Part shown: one piece after another, positions 27,689-40,543 of the stretch
Position numbering within the stretch: the first letter of the stretch is position 1
How the letters are laid out: each line of letters opens with the position of its first letter
Source: the human T2T-CHM13v2.0 reference genome, Homo sapiens
Direction: 5' to 3' (one strand)
NCBI RefSeq assembly: GCF_009914755.1
Contig: NC_060927.1
Length of the DNA: 64,000 nt
Position numbers and translations under genes: made by a program
Notes under the pieces: generated by a model
The model's database searches: none
Told to the model about the DNA's origin: nothing
What the model saw: only the letters and a program-made list of their open reading frames with translations

Positions 27689-28688
27689 GTCACTGGGGTC
27701 AAAACAGGTAGAGTAATTTCCTCAAACTCTCCCAAATCATTAATAGCAGAACTAGGCTAAGCACTCAAGTTTCCCAAGAAATCCTGATTTCTAAGAGTGG
27801 TTAGAATATGCTCAGGTAAGAGTTTTCATTGACATTTCTGCAGTTAGCATTTATGCTTTTGGAGAGATTTGGGAGGAGAAGCTTCTTTTTTTTTTTTTTT
27901 TTTTTTTTTTTTCAGGAGACTAATGAACCCAATTGCTGTATGGGCATCAAGAGGGTAAACTGGGTTCTGTATATTGTTATCCTTTCTCCTTGGCTGTGTT
28001 CCACCTCCCAAATCCTCTTTAGGGTTTTCATCCTGTCTGCTCTTGTCCAGAGCTACTCCTTGAATCCTATGCTCACTGGTCCTCACTCTCTGGTTTTTCT
28101 TCTTTTCTGATTGTTAGCACATGCTCTTCTCTGCCCTTTGGAATGTCCTATCTATGCATCAAGGTAATTACTTTGGGGTAGAATTGCAGCTTTTAATTTC
28201 CAGTGCTTATTTGTGGGAAGGGCAAGGAGAAGCAAGACAGAGGGAAGGGACAAGGTGGTTAAATAGCATTCTGTTGTCAGCCTAATGAAGCCAGCCCTTT
28301 ATTAGATGTTATCTTGGCTCTGCCTGCGTTAGAGAGAGATAATTTATTTACTTTTTTGTTAATATTTTAAAAGGAAATTTTGATACTGGTCTTGTGACTC
28401 CCCAGAGAATCTTCAGTAGCACAAAGGGTGTTACAAAATTCTAAAGTCTCAAGAAGCAAAACCACTTAAACTAATAAACATGTCATATAATACTTTGTGG
28501 GGCCTGGGGAAGGGTAATATCATGAAATCAAGCAATGATCAGCTTTTAAAGCTCCCAAAAGGACAATCATCACAGACTGAGTAATTTGTTGTTGGTGTTA
28601 GTTTTGTTTTGTTTTCTTAGTTTCATCTTTCCTCCATAATTATCCTGTTTGTGCTCATAAATGCTTTTGCGGGAATAATATTTACCAA

Positions 28689-28880
28689 TAATATCTACTT
28701 TTTACTGAATGCCTACTATGTGCCAGGCACTTTACTTTGTCTCAAATCCTTATCATAACCTTAATAGGTAGATATGGTTATTCATATTTCAAATGAGAAA
28801 ATTAACACCCAAAGTAGTTACGTAAGTTGCTCAAGATCACATAACAAGTAAGGACTGTCAGACCACCCAAGCCTGTACCT
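28689..28880 (-). mobile_element. MIR SINE
   Basis: TTTACTGAATGCCTACTATGTGCCAGGCACT...AAATGAGAAAATT...TGCTCAAGATCACA. Confidence 0.8.
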
Positions 28881-29246
28881 ACCTTCAGTAGCTGTGCCCT
28901 AGGGTGGCTGGAGATCAATACCTATTGGGCCCAAATACACAATCTATGAAAAGTCTTGCGTTTGTTATGCAAAGCCTGCTTCAAAATAATTCACTTGATC
29001 TTCTCATCTCTCTTCCAACAAATTTGCCACCTTGGAGTTCATTCTATGTAAAAATTCTAGACATGAAAGTACTTTGCAATATGTCATCTTATATGCAAAC
29101 AAAATTAAGTAAATTTGAACTTGAATCATTGGATCAGAGTCTAGTGTACTAGATATTATATCAGGGCCAGCAGACTAAATTTTTAAAATAGCAAACAGCC
29201 TTTTTACTTATTTTCTCAAGCTCTCCATGTATCTATGATGTTCTTA

Positions 29247-29630
<384 letters not shown>

Positions 29631-29884
29631 TCAGAAAGCATCAGGCTCTTGGGGGAGCCCACAGCCATAGAACTTCTTTGTTTAATATAAACACAGACAG
29701 AAACTCAAATAAATGTGTCTAATTTACGTTCATGTTTCTATCATTTCATTGCCGGCAGTGATAGCCAGAAACTGAGGACCCTGAAATCACCTTTGATACA
29801 TAATCCCTCTCCCAGTGTCCTCTCTACACCTCTGGCCCCCTCACAGTGAGCTTCAACATTCCTCAGAACCAAAAAGCACAACAA

Positions 29885-30193
<309 letters not shown>

Positions 30194-30574
30194 TCCCATG
30201 CCTCTTGGAATTTAGGCAATGTATGATTAGGCAAGTATTAAAAGTTATTTTAAAGGCTAAGTAATAATATTTGGTGATATTTATGGTCAACTAAAAAAAA
30301 AGCAGAAAGTAAAATTTTCTCTCTGCTATTGTGTCAGAAGAGTATTCTAGAAATATTAAAGGTTTCCCAAGTGTTTCGTTTTCTGCCTTGACCCTAACCT
30401 CCATTCAAACACCAGATTTGACCTTCAGCTCAGGAAGAACTCAGGATGGCAACAAGCACCAAAAAGGAGTCTTTTCAGATTTCTACGTTTTTTAAGTCTA
30501 GCTCCTTAGGAGAACGGAAAGGACTCAAACTAGAAAAAGATTGGAAAAGGAGAGTTGGAGAAGCAGAGAGGGCA

Positions 30575-30895
30575 GTGGCGCCGTTACGTACCTGAGAGAT
30601 GTGCCTGCGCTTTACTCCACAGGCTGAGCTTGAGAAAGGCGGCAAGACCCTGAGAAGAAATGGCGGCACGAAAAGTGTTGCGGAGGCTGTGGAGTTCCCA
30701 GTCCCGCCATGCTGTAGGCGTTGAAAAATGATCTCCTCGCACCCCAAAATAGCACAGAGGAGGCCCTGAAACCAGATGGGGCCACGTGGGTGGAAACAAG
30801 GAGGTTCTCTTCAGTGGCTGGCACTAAACAGCACCCAAGGAACAATCAGGATGAAGGTCTCAGCCGATGCCGCTGTGGCTAGATGACGGTGAGGA
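30575..30895. promoter_or_regulatory. Candidate weak-CpG, possibly bidirectional promoter
   Basis: About a dozen CpGs in ~210 bp of non-repeat DNA. YY1 AAATGGCGGC (~30658), E2F-like TCCCGCC (~30702), E-box CACGTG (~30784). Minus donor CAG|GTACGT at 30592/30591 and plus donor ACG|GTGAGG at ~30888. Confidence 0.5.
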
Positions 30896-31399
30896 TTTGA
30901 TGCAACTCAGGGGAAACGGGGGGAGGCTTGGCAAGAATGGAATTTGAAACAGAAACCAATGTATGGAGTCAGAGAAAAGTAAAGAGAAGTAGGTATTTTG
31001 CTTTTCTGCATTTAAGGACTAAATTTTATACCTCCTAAACCTGTGATTAAAACAAGAGATGAGGAGTGACATAAAAAAATGAGGAAAATTTGTCCGGATT
31101 TCTCTGAACCTCCACTTCTTCGAAAGAAGAATAATTAAAATGTTTAGAACCCAGCATTAGTATGCGCATAAGAAATAATGGACTACTATCTAACATATTA
31201 AAGTAATTATTTGTTGAGGTCATTAGATTGTAAATTTGTCTTTCATTTATATTTTCCACGTTTATGGAGATTTTTGTTGTTCTTGTTGTTTTAAGAAATA
31301 AGATGAAGAGAAAGGACAGAGGTAAAAAGGAAGTAAGGAAAGAAAAAAGATGGTGAGAAAAAAGGACTTTTAAGTAGTATTGGGTAGTTAAAACATATT

Positions 31400-31890
31400 A
31401 CCAGTGGTTAAAAAAAATGAGGTTGGAAATGTGGATGGGGAGAAATTTTAAAGCGTCTAAAATTTCAGACTAAGAAATGTGGACTGTATCCTGTAATCAA
31501 TGAAGGGCCATGTGGACTGTATCCTGTAATCAATGAAGGGTTTTGAATATGGGAGTAACAGGTCAAATCTATGTTTAAAAGCATTCTGGTCATTTTGGGG
31601 TGAGAGTCCTAAGAACGAAGGCAGTGAAATAATTCCCAGGCAATTGCAATAACATAGACATAAAATCATGGGGGCACCCAGGCAGTGGCAGGAGGGTTGA
31701 AGAAGCAGGAGTGGATCAAAATTTTTAAAGAGGTAGCAACTTAGTGCATGATTGGTTCTGAGGGTAAAAAAAAAAAAAAAAAAAAAAAAATCATTGCTGA
31801 GAATATCCTGATATATGGAATCTTCAGCCACAGCTTGAAAGTGCTCCTGTTTTAAGAGGAGATTAAGCATCTTGAGTGTCATTTTGAAAC
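31400..31890 (-). mobile_element. L2 fragment containing a 31-bp tandem duplication
   Basis: GGACTGTATCCTGTAATCAATG...GGGTTTTGAATATGGGAGTAACAGGTCAAATCTATGTTT. Confidence 0.65.
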
Positions 31891-33322
31891 TGGACAGAAT
31901 TGAAGACTGCTAATGAATGTTGGCCACTTAGCAACCACAAAGTTAGCAACTTCGAGCAACAGCCACAGACGCGCTATCCTGTGGCTCTGGACCACCTACT
32001 CCCACTACTCTAAGCCACCTGACAGCTGATGGGAAATGCCTCCAGCCAGAGCTCAAATAAAGCCCTGAAGCTTCCAGAGCCTCACCAGGAGGACACTCTC
32101 TTGACTAGGAAGGGAAGAGCTGAGTCCAGAGCCCCTGACTCCATTTCCTAATCCATTCCCTTGCACGACATTCTGGCCCAGTGGAATCTGAGATGGCCAC
32201 AGTGATCTTCCCTTTTTGCCCACAACAAGCAGAAACGAGGCCAGTGTGTTTAAATCAGTGTTTATTGAAGTCTCAGGGATTACGCAAAGTAAATACATCT
32301 GGAGAGCAACATGAATCCTGATAATTCTTAAGATACAGCTCACTCTCTGAAGATCACAAGGCCCATCTCATCCTTGTGGGCCCTCGGAAAGAAGTGAGAA
32401 CACTCTATATTTTCCATCCATGGTGCCACATTTCTTTCACTTGGTAGAAGCCATCCCTAAATCTCACCACCCCAGAGTCACAGCATTCCGTGTGAATAAT
32501 TTGTGTTCTGGATTTGTTTTATTCCTAGCTGTCCTTTGTCCCCGAGAACCCTGAGATATTTGTAAAGATTTGAAGTAATAAAACAATCTTAAAGAAGGTT
32601 TAAAAATTGGGGAAAATTTTAAAAATTGCTCAAACATTTTTAAAACCTTCAGAACACAACTATCAATGTTTTCATACATTCCCTTCTAGTTTTTTTGTAT
32701 ATATTTTATATAGTTTTAATTATACAATATATACACACACTTGTTTTTTGGTATCATTATACCATTTTTCCTATTGATTTTCAGTCTTCATTGTATCTTT
32801 TCTGATGATTCCTAAAGTGCCATCATTATATTACCATTTCTATGTTTAGGGCTATTATATTTCTTTCATTTTCAAATTTTTTTAAAGTCATTTTTTTCTG
32901 AGTATACAAACACTATAGAACATTTAAAACAAAAAGAAAATAATAAAAAGTTATTTATGCAGTACATAAAATTGTGATTTACAGATGTAGAGATTTGATT
33001 TCCACTTTTGTTCCTTGATTTGAAACTTACACAGTTAATCCAGGAAAGGTGTTCTCAGGCTATTGTGAATCATTTGCTGCCATTGCCTCAGTGCAGAATC
33101 CTCGGCTGTACATCCCCACCTCAGACCAGATCCAAATCTCAGTTTCCACCAGCAGCCACCCCAAGACAGCTCTGCTCCTCCCAGTGGCCTGCTCCTCAAG
33201 GCCTCAGCTCTTTTCCCCCATTTTCTTTTATTATTATTCTTATTTTTAATTGACATAAAACTATACATATATATGGGGTACTGAGTGATATTTCAATACT
33301 TGTATACAATATGTAATGATCA

Positions 33323-33691
<369 letters not shown>

Positions 33692-34046
33692 AAAACCTCT
33701 CTTCTAGCTACCTGAACGTATGCAATAAATTATTGTTAACTATAGTCACCCTACAGTGCAATAGAACACTAGAACTTAATCCTGTTGTCTACCTATAATT
33801 TTATGCCTATTAACCAACCTCTCCCTATCTCCCCTCCCAGCCACTAGTTTCCAGCCTCTAGTTACCACTATTCTACTTCTATGAGATCAAATTTTTGAAC
33901 TTCTACAGATGAATGAGAACATGTGATATTTATGGTATTTATCTTTCTGTGCCTGGATTCTTTCACTTAGTGTCCTCCAGGCTCACCCATGTTGCCACAT
34001 ATGACAGGATTTCATTCTTTTCTATGGTTGAATAATATTCCATTAT

Positions 34047-34423
34047 TGCATTAGTCCATTCTTGCATGCTATCAATACCTGAGACTGGGTAATTTATAAA
34101 GAAAAGAGGTTTAATTGGCTTGCAGTTCTGCAGGCTGTACAGGAAGCATGGCTGGAGAGGCCCCAGGAAAATTAACAAGCATGGTGGAAGGTGAAGAAGA
34201 AGCAGGCATGTCTTACATGGTTGGAGCAGAAGGAAAAGAGAGATGGGGGAGGTGCCATACACTTTTAAACAACCAAATCTCACAAGCACTCACTATCATG
34301 AAAGCAACATCGAGGGGGAAATCGGCCCCTGAACAAATCACCTCCCACCAGGCCCCACCTCCAACATTGGGGATTACAATTTGACATGAGATTTGAACAG
34401 GGACACAGACCCAAACTATATCA
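34047..34423 (-). mobile_element. MSTA MaLR solo LTR
   Basis: TG..TTAGTCCATTCTTGCA...CCCACCTCCAACATTGGGGATTACAATTTGACATGAGATTTG...TATCA. Perfect 5-bp TSD ATTAT (34042 / 34424). Confidence 0.92.
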
Positions 34424-34889
34424 ATTATATACATGATGGCCATTTCGGTTGTTTTCATAACTTGGTTATTGCAAATAGTGCTGTGCTACACATGGGAGTA
34501 AAGATATCTCTTAGACATACTGATTTCATTTTCTTTGGATATATCTGGTAGTGGGATTGTTAGATCATGTGGTAGTTCTGGTTTTAGTTTTTTGAGGAAC
34601 TGCCACACTGTTTTCCATAATGGCTGTACTAATTTATCTCCTTTTTTTTTCTTTCTCTCTTTGGAATAAAGAGGTTCTTCTAGACTTCCACCTCTCTTGT
34701 AAGACCAGCAGAATCTCCCATAGTGTATCTTCTCTGGGACTGGTGGTTCTGCATTGGGAACATGCCTTGGAGCTCCTAGTCTGCAGCACCCACAATGCCC
34801 AAAGCAGGTATTGGCAGCTTTCTTAGCAGCAAAGGTTTTTGAAGCATGGAGAACAGAACCTTTCTACCTTATTTTTCACATTGATGAGT

Positions 34890-35055
34890 ATTTTATAATT
34901 GCTTTACTTAGCAAGCCGGGGAAATATGTAAGTAGTCATCAGTTTTACAGATGTGAGAATTAAGGTTCAGAAAGGCTAAATGACTTGCTTTAAATAGTCA
35001 CAAAATTGTGTCATTAGAGAGTTAAATGAGAACTCTCTTTTCTACTAAAACTACA
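34890..35055 (-). mobile_element. MIR fragment
   Basis: TTTTACAGATGTGAGAATTAAGGTTCAGAAAGGCTAAATGACTTGC. Confidence 0.7.
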
Positions 35056-35742
35056 TACTTCTTGGGATAGAGATAAATGACACAGTAATGCAGGAAGTAC
35101 ACATGTTGACTTAATAAGGGGGCAGAGGTGAAGCCTAGAGAAAGAGGTGAAAGAAGTCTGGAAGAGCACAGAGCGATCCAACAGAAGTCAAAGGTCGTAG
35201 GAAAAAATAATTATGTGGCTCTAACAGCTTAAAAATGCCTATTGTATGTGTTCGTGGTGAGTGTAGTGGTTCTTGATTTGATCCACATGTTTGCCAAGTG
35301 GCTCAGCTTCATTCTTATAAGAGCAGGATGAAGGCTTCCCTCCTACCCTGGTGCTTGGTACTACCTCAGACTCCTAGACAACTACCTGCCCCCCACCCTA
35401 AACCATACTGGGACTACCAGGCTGGCTCCAGAGGAGTGCATAGGCTGGGCAGGCTGCACTTTCCTTCATTGTCTCACCCCTCAGTTCCTCAGAGCACCAT
35501 TGACATGAGGCTGTTGGGTGTAACATCTATACTCAAGGTTTGATGTTGGTTAGAGAAAGTATCTCTGGAAAGATGCCTGTGGAGCTGGTATCAATGATTG
35601 CTTCTAGGGAGAACTCGTGGCTGGAGGAGGCGGGAAGTGAGCATGGCTTCCTTTCACAGTATATGCTTTGTGTAGCTTTTAAATTTTGTACTCAATGTGT
35701 TTATTATCCACTCAAAAATAAAAATGAAGACAAAAGCTTTGC

Positions 35743-36002
35743 TGCCACGCTGGAGTGCAGTGGCGTGATCTCAGCTCACTGCAAGCTACGCCTCCCAAGT
35801 TCATGCCATTCTCCTGCCTCAGCCTCCTGAATAGCTGGGACTACAGGCACCCGCCACCACTCCCAGCTAATTTTTTGTATTTTTAGTAGAGACGGGGTTT
35901 CACCATGTTAGCCAGGATGGTCTCGATCTCCTGACCTCATGATCCACCTGCCTCAGCCTCCCAAAGTGCTAGGATTACAGGTGTGAGCCACAGCGCCCGG
36001 CC
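35743..36002 (-). mobile_element. AluY lacking its 3' end and poly-A tail
   Basis: Y diagnostics TGCAAGCT, TTCATGCCATTCTCC and TTAGCCAGGATGGTCTCGATC. No poly-T at the left end and no TSD. Confidence 0.92.
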
Positions 36003-36343
36003 TGGGCTGGCTTTTTTGGCTTGGAACGACTCCTCTAGTCCCTTCCTCTCCTAGTCAGGGTCATATTTCAATTCTTCACAATGAGAATCTTCATTCACTT
36101 AAACCCCAACTTCCTCACCACGACAATGGCATGCCTTGCCCTAGAATTCGTCTCAACAACCAGAACAATCCATAGGACACAATAACTAAAAGGAATCCAG
36201 TTCTCAAATCTGAGTAATTTTATCTAGAATAGCAATTATAGAATTTTCTATTCACTCTAGATTACAAGTGCATCCAGAGTGGCCTTTGGTGACCCAGTTC
36301 CCAAAATTTTCAAGGTCCCTCTGCCAGGGTCAAGTGGAGACAT

Positions 36344-37749
36344 TGTGTCTGGAATTGGTGGGTTCTTGGTCTCACTGACTTCAAGAATGAAGCCACGGAC
36401 CTTCGCGGTGAGTGTTACAGTTCTTAAAGATAGTGTGTCTGGAATTCGTTCCTTCTGATGTTCGGACATGTTCGGAGTTTCTTCCTTCTGTTGGGTTCGT
36501 GGTCTCACTGGCTTCAGGAGTGAAGCTGCAAACCTTCGCGGTGAGAGTTACAGCTCTTAAGGCGGCGCATCTGGAGTTGTTTGTTCCTCCCCTCCAGAAT
36601 TGTTCATTCCTCCCGGTGGGTTCGTGGTCTTGCTGGCCTCAGGAGTGAAACTGCAGACCTTAGTGGTGAGTGTTACTGCTCATAAACACAGTGCGGACCC
36701 AAAGAGTGAGCAGCGGCAAGATTTATTACAAAGAGTGAAAGAACAAAGCTACCACAGGTGGAAGGGGACCAGAGTGGGTTGCTGCTGCTGGCTAGGGCAG
36801 CCTGCTTTTATTCCCTTATCTGACCCCACCCACATCCTGCCGATTGGTCCGTTTTACAGAGAGCTGATTGATCCGTTTTGACAGGGTGCTGACTGGTGTA
36901 TTTACAAACCTTGAGCTAGACACAGAGTGCTGATTGGTGCATTTACAATCCTCCAGCTAGACATAGAAGTTCTCCAAGTCCCTACCAGATTAGCTAGATA
37001 CAGAGTGCTGATTGGTGCATCCACGAATGCCCCCAGAGCTAGACACACAGTGCTGATTGGTGCATATACAATCCTCTGGCTAGACATAAAAGTTCTCCAA
37101 GTCCCCACCTGACTCAGGAGCCCAGCTGGCTTCCCCTAGTGGATCCTGTGCCAGGGCCATGGGTGGAGCTGCCTGCCAGTCCTGCACAGTGTGCCCACAC
37201 TCCTCAACCCTTGGGCGGTAGATGGGACCAGGCGCCGCAGAGCAGGGGGCAGCACCCATCCGGGAGGCTCAGGCAGCGTGGGAGCCTATGGGGGGCTGTG
37301 GGGGGAGGCCCCGGTATGGCGGGCTGCAGGGCTGCAGGTCCCGAGCCCTGCCCTGTGGGGAGGCAGCTGAGGCCTGCGAGAATTCGAGCGTGGCACCGGC
37401 AGGCCAGCACTGCTGGGAGATCTGGCGCACCCTTTGCAGCTGCTGGCCTGGGTGCTAAGCCTCTCACTGCCCACCAGCAGCTCTGAGTGCGGGGCCCACT
37501 GAGCCTGCGCCCACCCCTAACTGGAGCTGGCCTGCGAGTGCGGCAGGCAGCCCCGGTTCCCGCCGGCGCCTCTCCCTCCACACCTCCCTGCAAGCAGGGG
37601 GAGCCGGCTCCAGCCTTGGCCAGCCCAGAGAGGGGCTCCCACAGTGCGGCGGCGGGCCAAAGGGCTCCTCAAGCGCAGCCAGAGTGGAGGCCGTGGCATG
37701 AGGAGGTGCCGAGAGCGAGCAAGGGCTGCTAGCACGTTGTCACCTCTCA
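36344..37749 (-). mobile_element. LTR12 (D/E-like) HERV9 solo LTR
   Basis: Termini TGAGAGGTGACAACGTGCTAGC...CCAATTCCAGACACA on the minus strand. GC-rich U3 and GCTAGA..CAGAGTGCTGATTGGTGCA repeats. Confidence 0.95.
36780..37065 (-). promoter_or_regulatory. LTR12 promoter/enhancer (CCAAT x4, GATA, AATAAAA TATA-like box)
   Basis: ATTGG at 36843, 36933, 37011 and 37056. CTTATC at 36815. TTTTATT at 36806. Matches known ERV9 LTR architecture. Confidence 0.6.
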
Positions 37750-38565
37750 ATAGGACTCTTCATTCTCTTTCTGAATATACTTAGATCGTCTGATCTTGAC
37801 TCCAGTACCATGTGGGTAAAACACACACCCACATACTTCCGAAAGACAAATAGTTCTTAAAGATCATACTGTCTAAACTAAATCACATTAAATGGAAAAA
37901 TCTTCCTAACAGCTCTGACAATCTACAAAGACTTATCCTAAAATAAACCCTGAAAGTAGACCTTTACATGATTACCTAATGCCATTCTTCTTTTCCTTTC
38001 TTCAATCTCCAACTTCCAAACTATGGCCGAAGGTTTTGCTAGGGACAAAGACACTGCCCATCACAAGTCCTGCTCAAACAGAAAACCCATTCACCCTTGA
38101 TCTTTACCCTTAACTACACAAAAATACTGGCAGACACTTTGAATGTACAGGTTTAGACTTAGGCCAACTTGAATTTTTAGGTAGGGATTTCTATTGCACC
38201 ATTTGTCTCTAAGTGGAATAAGGTCTGTGAAACATTTACTTACCACTGCCCTTCCCACGAGCTAGCAAAAGCTCCTAGCAATGACATTTAGGAATTGTTT
38301 TGTTTTTATTTTTATTTTCCTATTTCTTTACATGACGTGTAATCTAAGCTTGACCTATTTAAAGAATAAATGTAAAAAAGGACAAATGAAACGATTAATT
38401 GTCTAGAGGTGAGCATTGTTTACTATATCCTAGTTTTAATTTTTCCTATGCCATTTTTAAATAAAATTGGGATTCTATTGGATAGAGCATTACAAGACTG
38501 CTTCTTGTGGAAAGAATGTTCCTGAATGCCTTTCACAACACCTAGATGCTAGATGCTTGCTTTTA

Positions 38566-38891
38566 CAATACTCCCTCCTTATCCAGTTTCCCTTTCTGTG
38601 TTTTAGTTACCCACATTCAACCACAGTCCAAAAATATTACATACAATATTTTGAGAGAGAAAAACTACATTCACATAACTTTTATTACAGTATATTGTTA
38701 TTATTCTATTTTCATTATTAAGTTATTCCTGTTAATTTCTTACTATGTCTAATTTATAAATTAAACTTTCTCATAGGTGTGTATGTATGCATAGGAAAAA
38801 GCATAGCATATATAGGGTTCAGTACTATCTGCAGTTTCAGGCATGCACTGGGGGTCTTGAAACATCTCCTGAGGATAAAGGGAGTCTACTA
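38566..38891 (+). mobile_element. MER44A
   Basis: CAATACTCCCTCCTTATCC...TTCACATAACTTTTATTACAGTATATTGTTA...GGATAAAGGGAGTCTACT. Confidence 0.85.
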
Positions 38892-39863
38892 TGTCTGAAT
38901 TCCGATATAATTCACATTCCATAAGATTTATCTTTTTAAAATGTAAAATTCAGTGGTTTTTAGCATATTCCCAAAGTTATGCAACCATCATTATTATCTG
39001 ATTCCAGAACAGTTTCATGATCCAAAAAGAAACTCCATACCCCTAAAAGCAGTCACTCTCCACCCCTTCTACCGTAAGCCCCTGGCAAACACTAAGCTAC
39101 TTTCAATCTCTAGGGATTTGCCTACTTTAGATATATTATACAAATGAAATCACACAACATGTGGTCTTTTATGACTGGCTTCTTTCACTTACCATAATGT
39201 TTTCAAAGCTCAGCCATTTATGAGTACTTCATTCCTTTTTATGACTGAGTGATATTCCACTGTATGAATATATCAATTTTGTTTATCCATTAATCAGTTG
39301 GTGGACATTTGTGTTGCTTCCAATTTGGGGCTGTTATGAATAATACTGCTGTAAACATTTGTGTACAAGTTTCTGGGTGAACATATGTTTCATTTCTCTT
39401 GGGTATTTACCTAGAAGTAGAATTACTGGATCATATTTTAACTCTATGTTTAACCATTTAAGGAATTTTCAAACTATTTTCCAAAGCAGCTGCACCATTT
39501 TAAAGTCGCACCAGCAGGGTATGAGGGTTCCAGTTTCCCCACATTCTTACCAAGGTTTACTGGTATCTTTCTTTTTTATTATAGCTATCAAATAGCTTTT
39601 GTAAAGTGGTATATCATTAAGGGTTTGATTTACATTTCTCTGATAGGCTAATGAGCATCTTCACATTTTATTGGCCATTTACATATCTTCTGTGGAGAAG
39701 TATCCATTCAGATGTTGTGCTTATTTTTAAATTGGGCTATTTGTCTTATTGTTGAGTTGTAAGAGTTCTGTATATATTCTGGACACTGGACTCTTATCAG
39801 ATATATGATTTGCAAATATTTTTTCCATTCTGTATGTTGTCTTCTCATTTTCTTTTTTGAAAC

Positions 39864-40170
39864 TTTTATTGTTATTATTATTATTTTAGAGACAGGTTCT
39901 TGCTCTGTCACCCAGGTTGGAGTACAGTGGTGCCATCGTAGCTCATTGCAGCCTTGAATTCCTGGGTTCAAGCAATCCTCCTGCCTCAGTCTCCTGAGTA
40001 GCTAGGATGACAGGTGTGCCACCATGCCTGGTTAATTTTTTTTGTTTTCTTTCAGAGACAGGGTCTCACTATATTGCCCAGGCTGGACTTGAACTCCTGG
40101 ACTTAAGCTATCTTCCCACCTCCATCTCCCAGAGCACTGGGATTACAGGTGTGAGCCACCACACCCAACC
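39864..40170 (-). mobile_element. AluJ
   Basis: GCTCATTGCAGCCTTGAATTCCTGGG J-type arm with (TAT)n tail. Confidence 0.93.
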
Positions 40171-40332
40171 TTACTTTCTTAATAATGTCCTTTAGAGCAC
40201 AAGAGTTTTTATTTTGATTAAGTTCAACTTGCCTTTTGGGGGTAGGGGGCAGGGTTGTTCATGCTTATGGTATTATATCTAAGAAACATTGCCTGATCAA
40301 AGGTCACAAAGATTTACACCTATGTCTTCTTA

Positions 40333-40543
40333 TTTTTTTCTTTCTTCTTTTCTTTCTTTCTTTCTTTCCTTCTTTCTTTCTTTTTTGACAAGGTCTTGCT
40401 ATTTTGCTCAGATTGGTGTACAGTAGCTGTTCACAGGTGTAAGCATCAAAGTGTCCTGCAGCCTCAAACTCTTGGCCTCAAGTGATCCTCCTGGCTTATC
40501 TCATGAGTAGCTGGGACTACAGGCATACACCACCACTTTTGGC
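40333..40543 (-). mobile_element. FAM (fossil Alu monomer)
   Basis: Monomer with the 7SL-like CAGTAGCTGTTCACAGG insert and (TTTC)n tail. Degenerate TSD TTTACACCTATGT/TTTATATCTATGT. Confidence 0.75.

Noticed and set aside
27886-27912. Long poly-T (also poly-A at 31766-31790) as a retrocopy tail
   Set aside because: No adjacent retroposed body or TSD recognised. Treated as simple mononucleotide runs.
36886-37110. Spaced repeats GCTAGA..CAGAGTGCTGATTGGTGCA resembling a repeat-spacer array
   Set aside because: Standard LTR12 enhancer repeats. The spacers are themselves repeated, so this is not a CRISPR array.
37139-37750. Cluster of 60-129-aa ORFs on both strands
   Set aside because: GC-rich LTR12 U3 sequence, where stop codons are rare by composition
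40333-40543. 7SL-like sequence as an SRP RNA gene (also 60632-60823)
   Set aside because: Lacks the S domain, is diverged and has a tail. These are FAM monomers.
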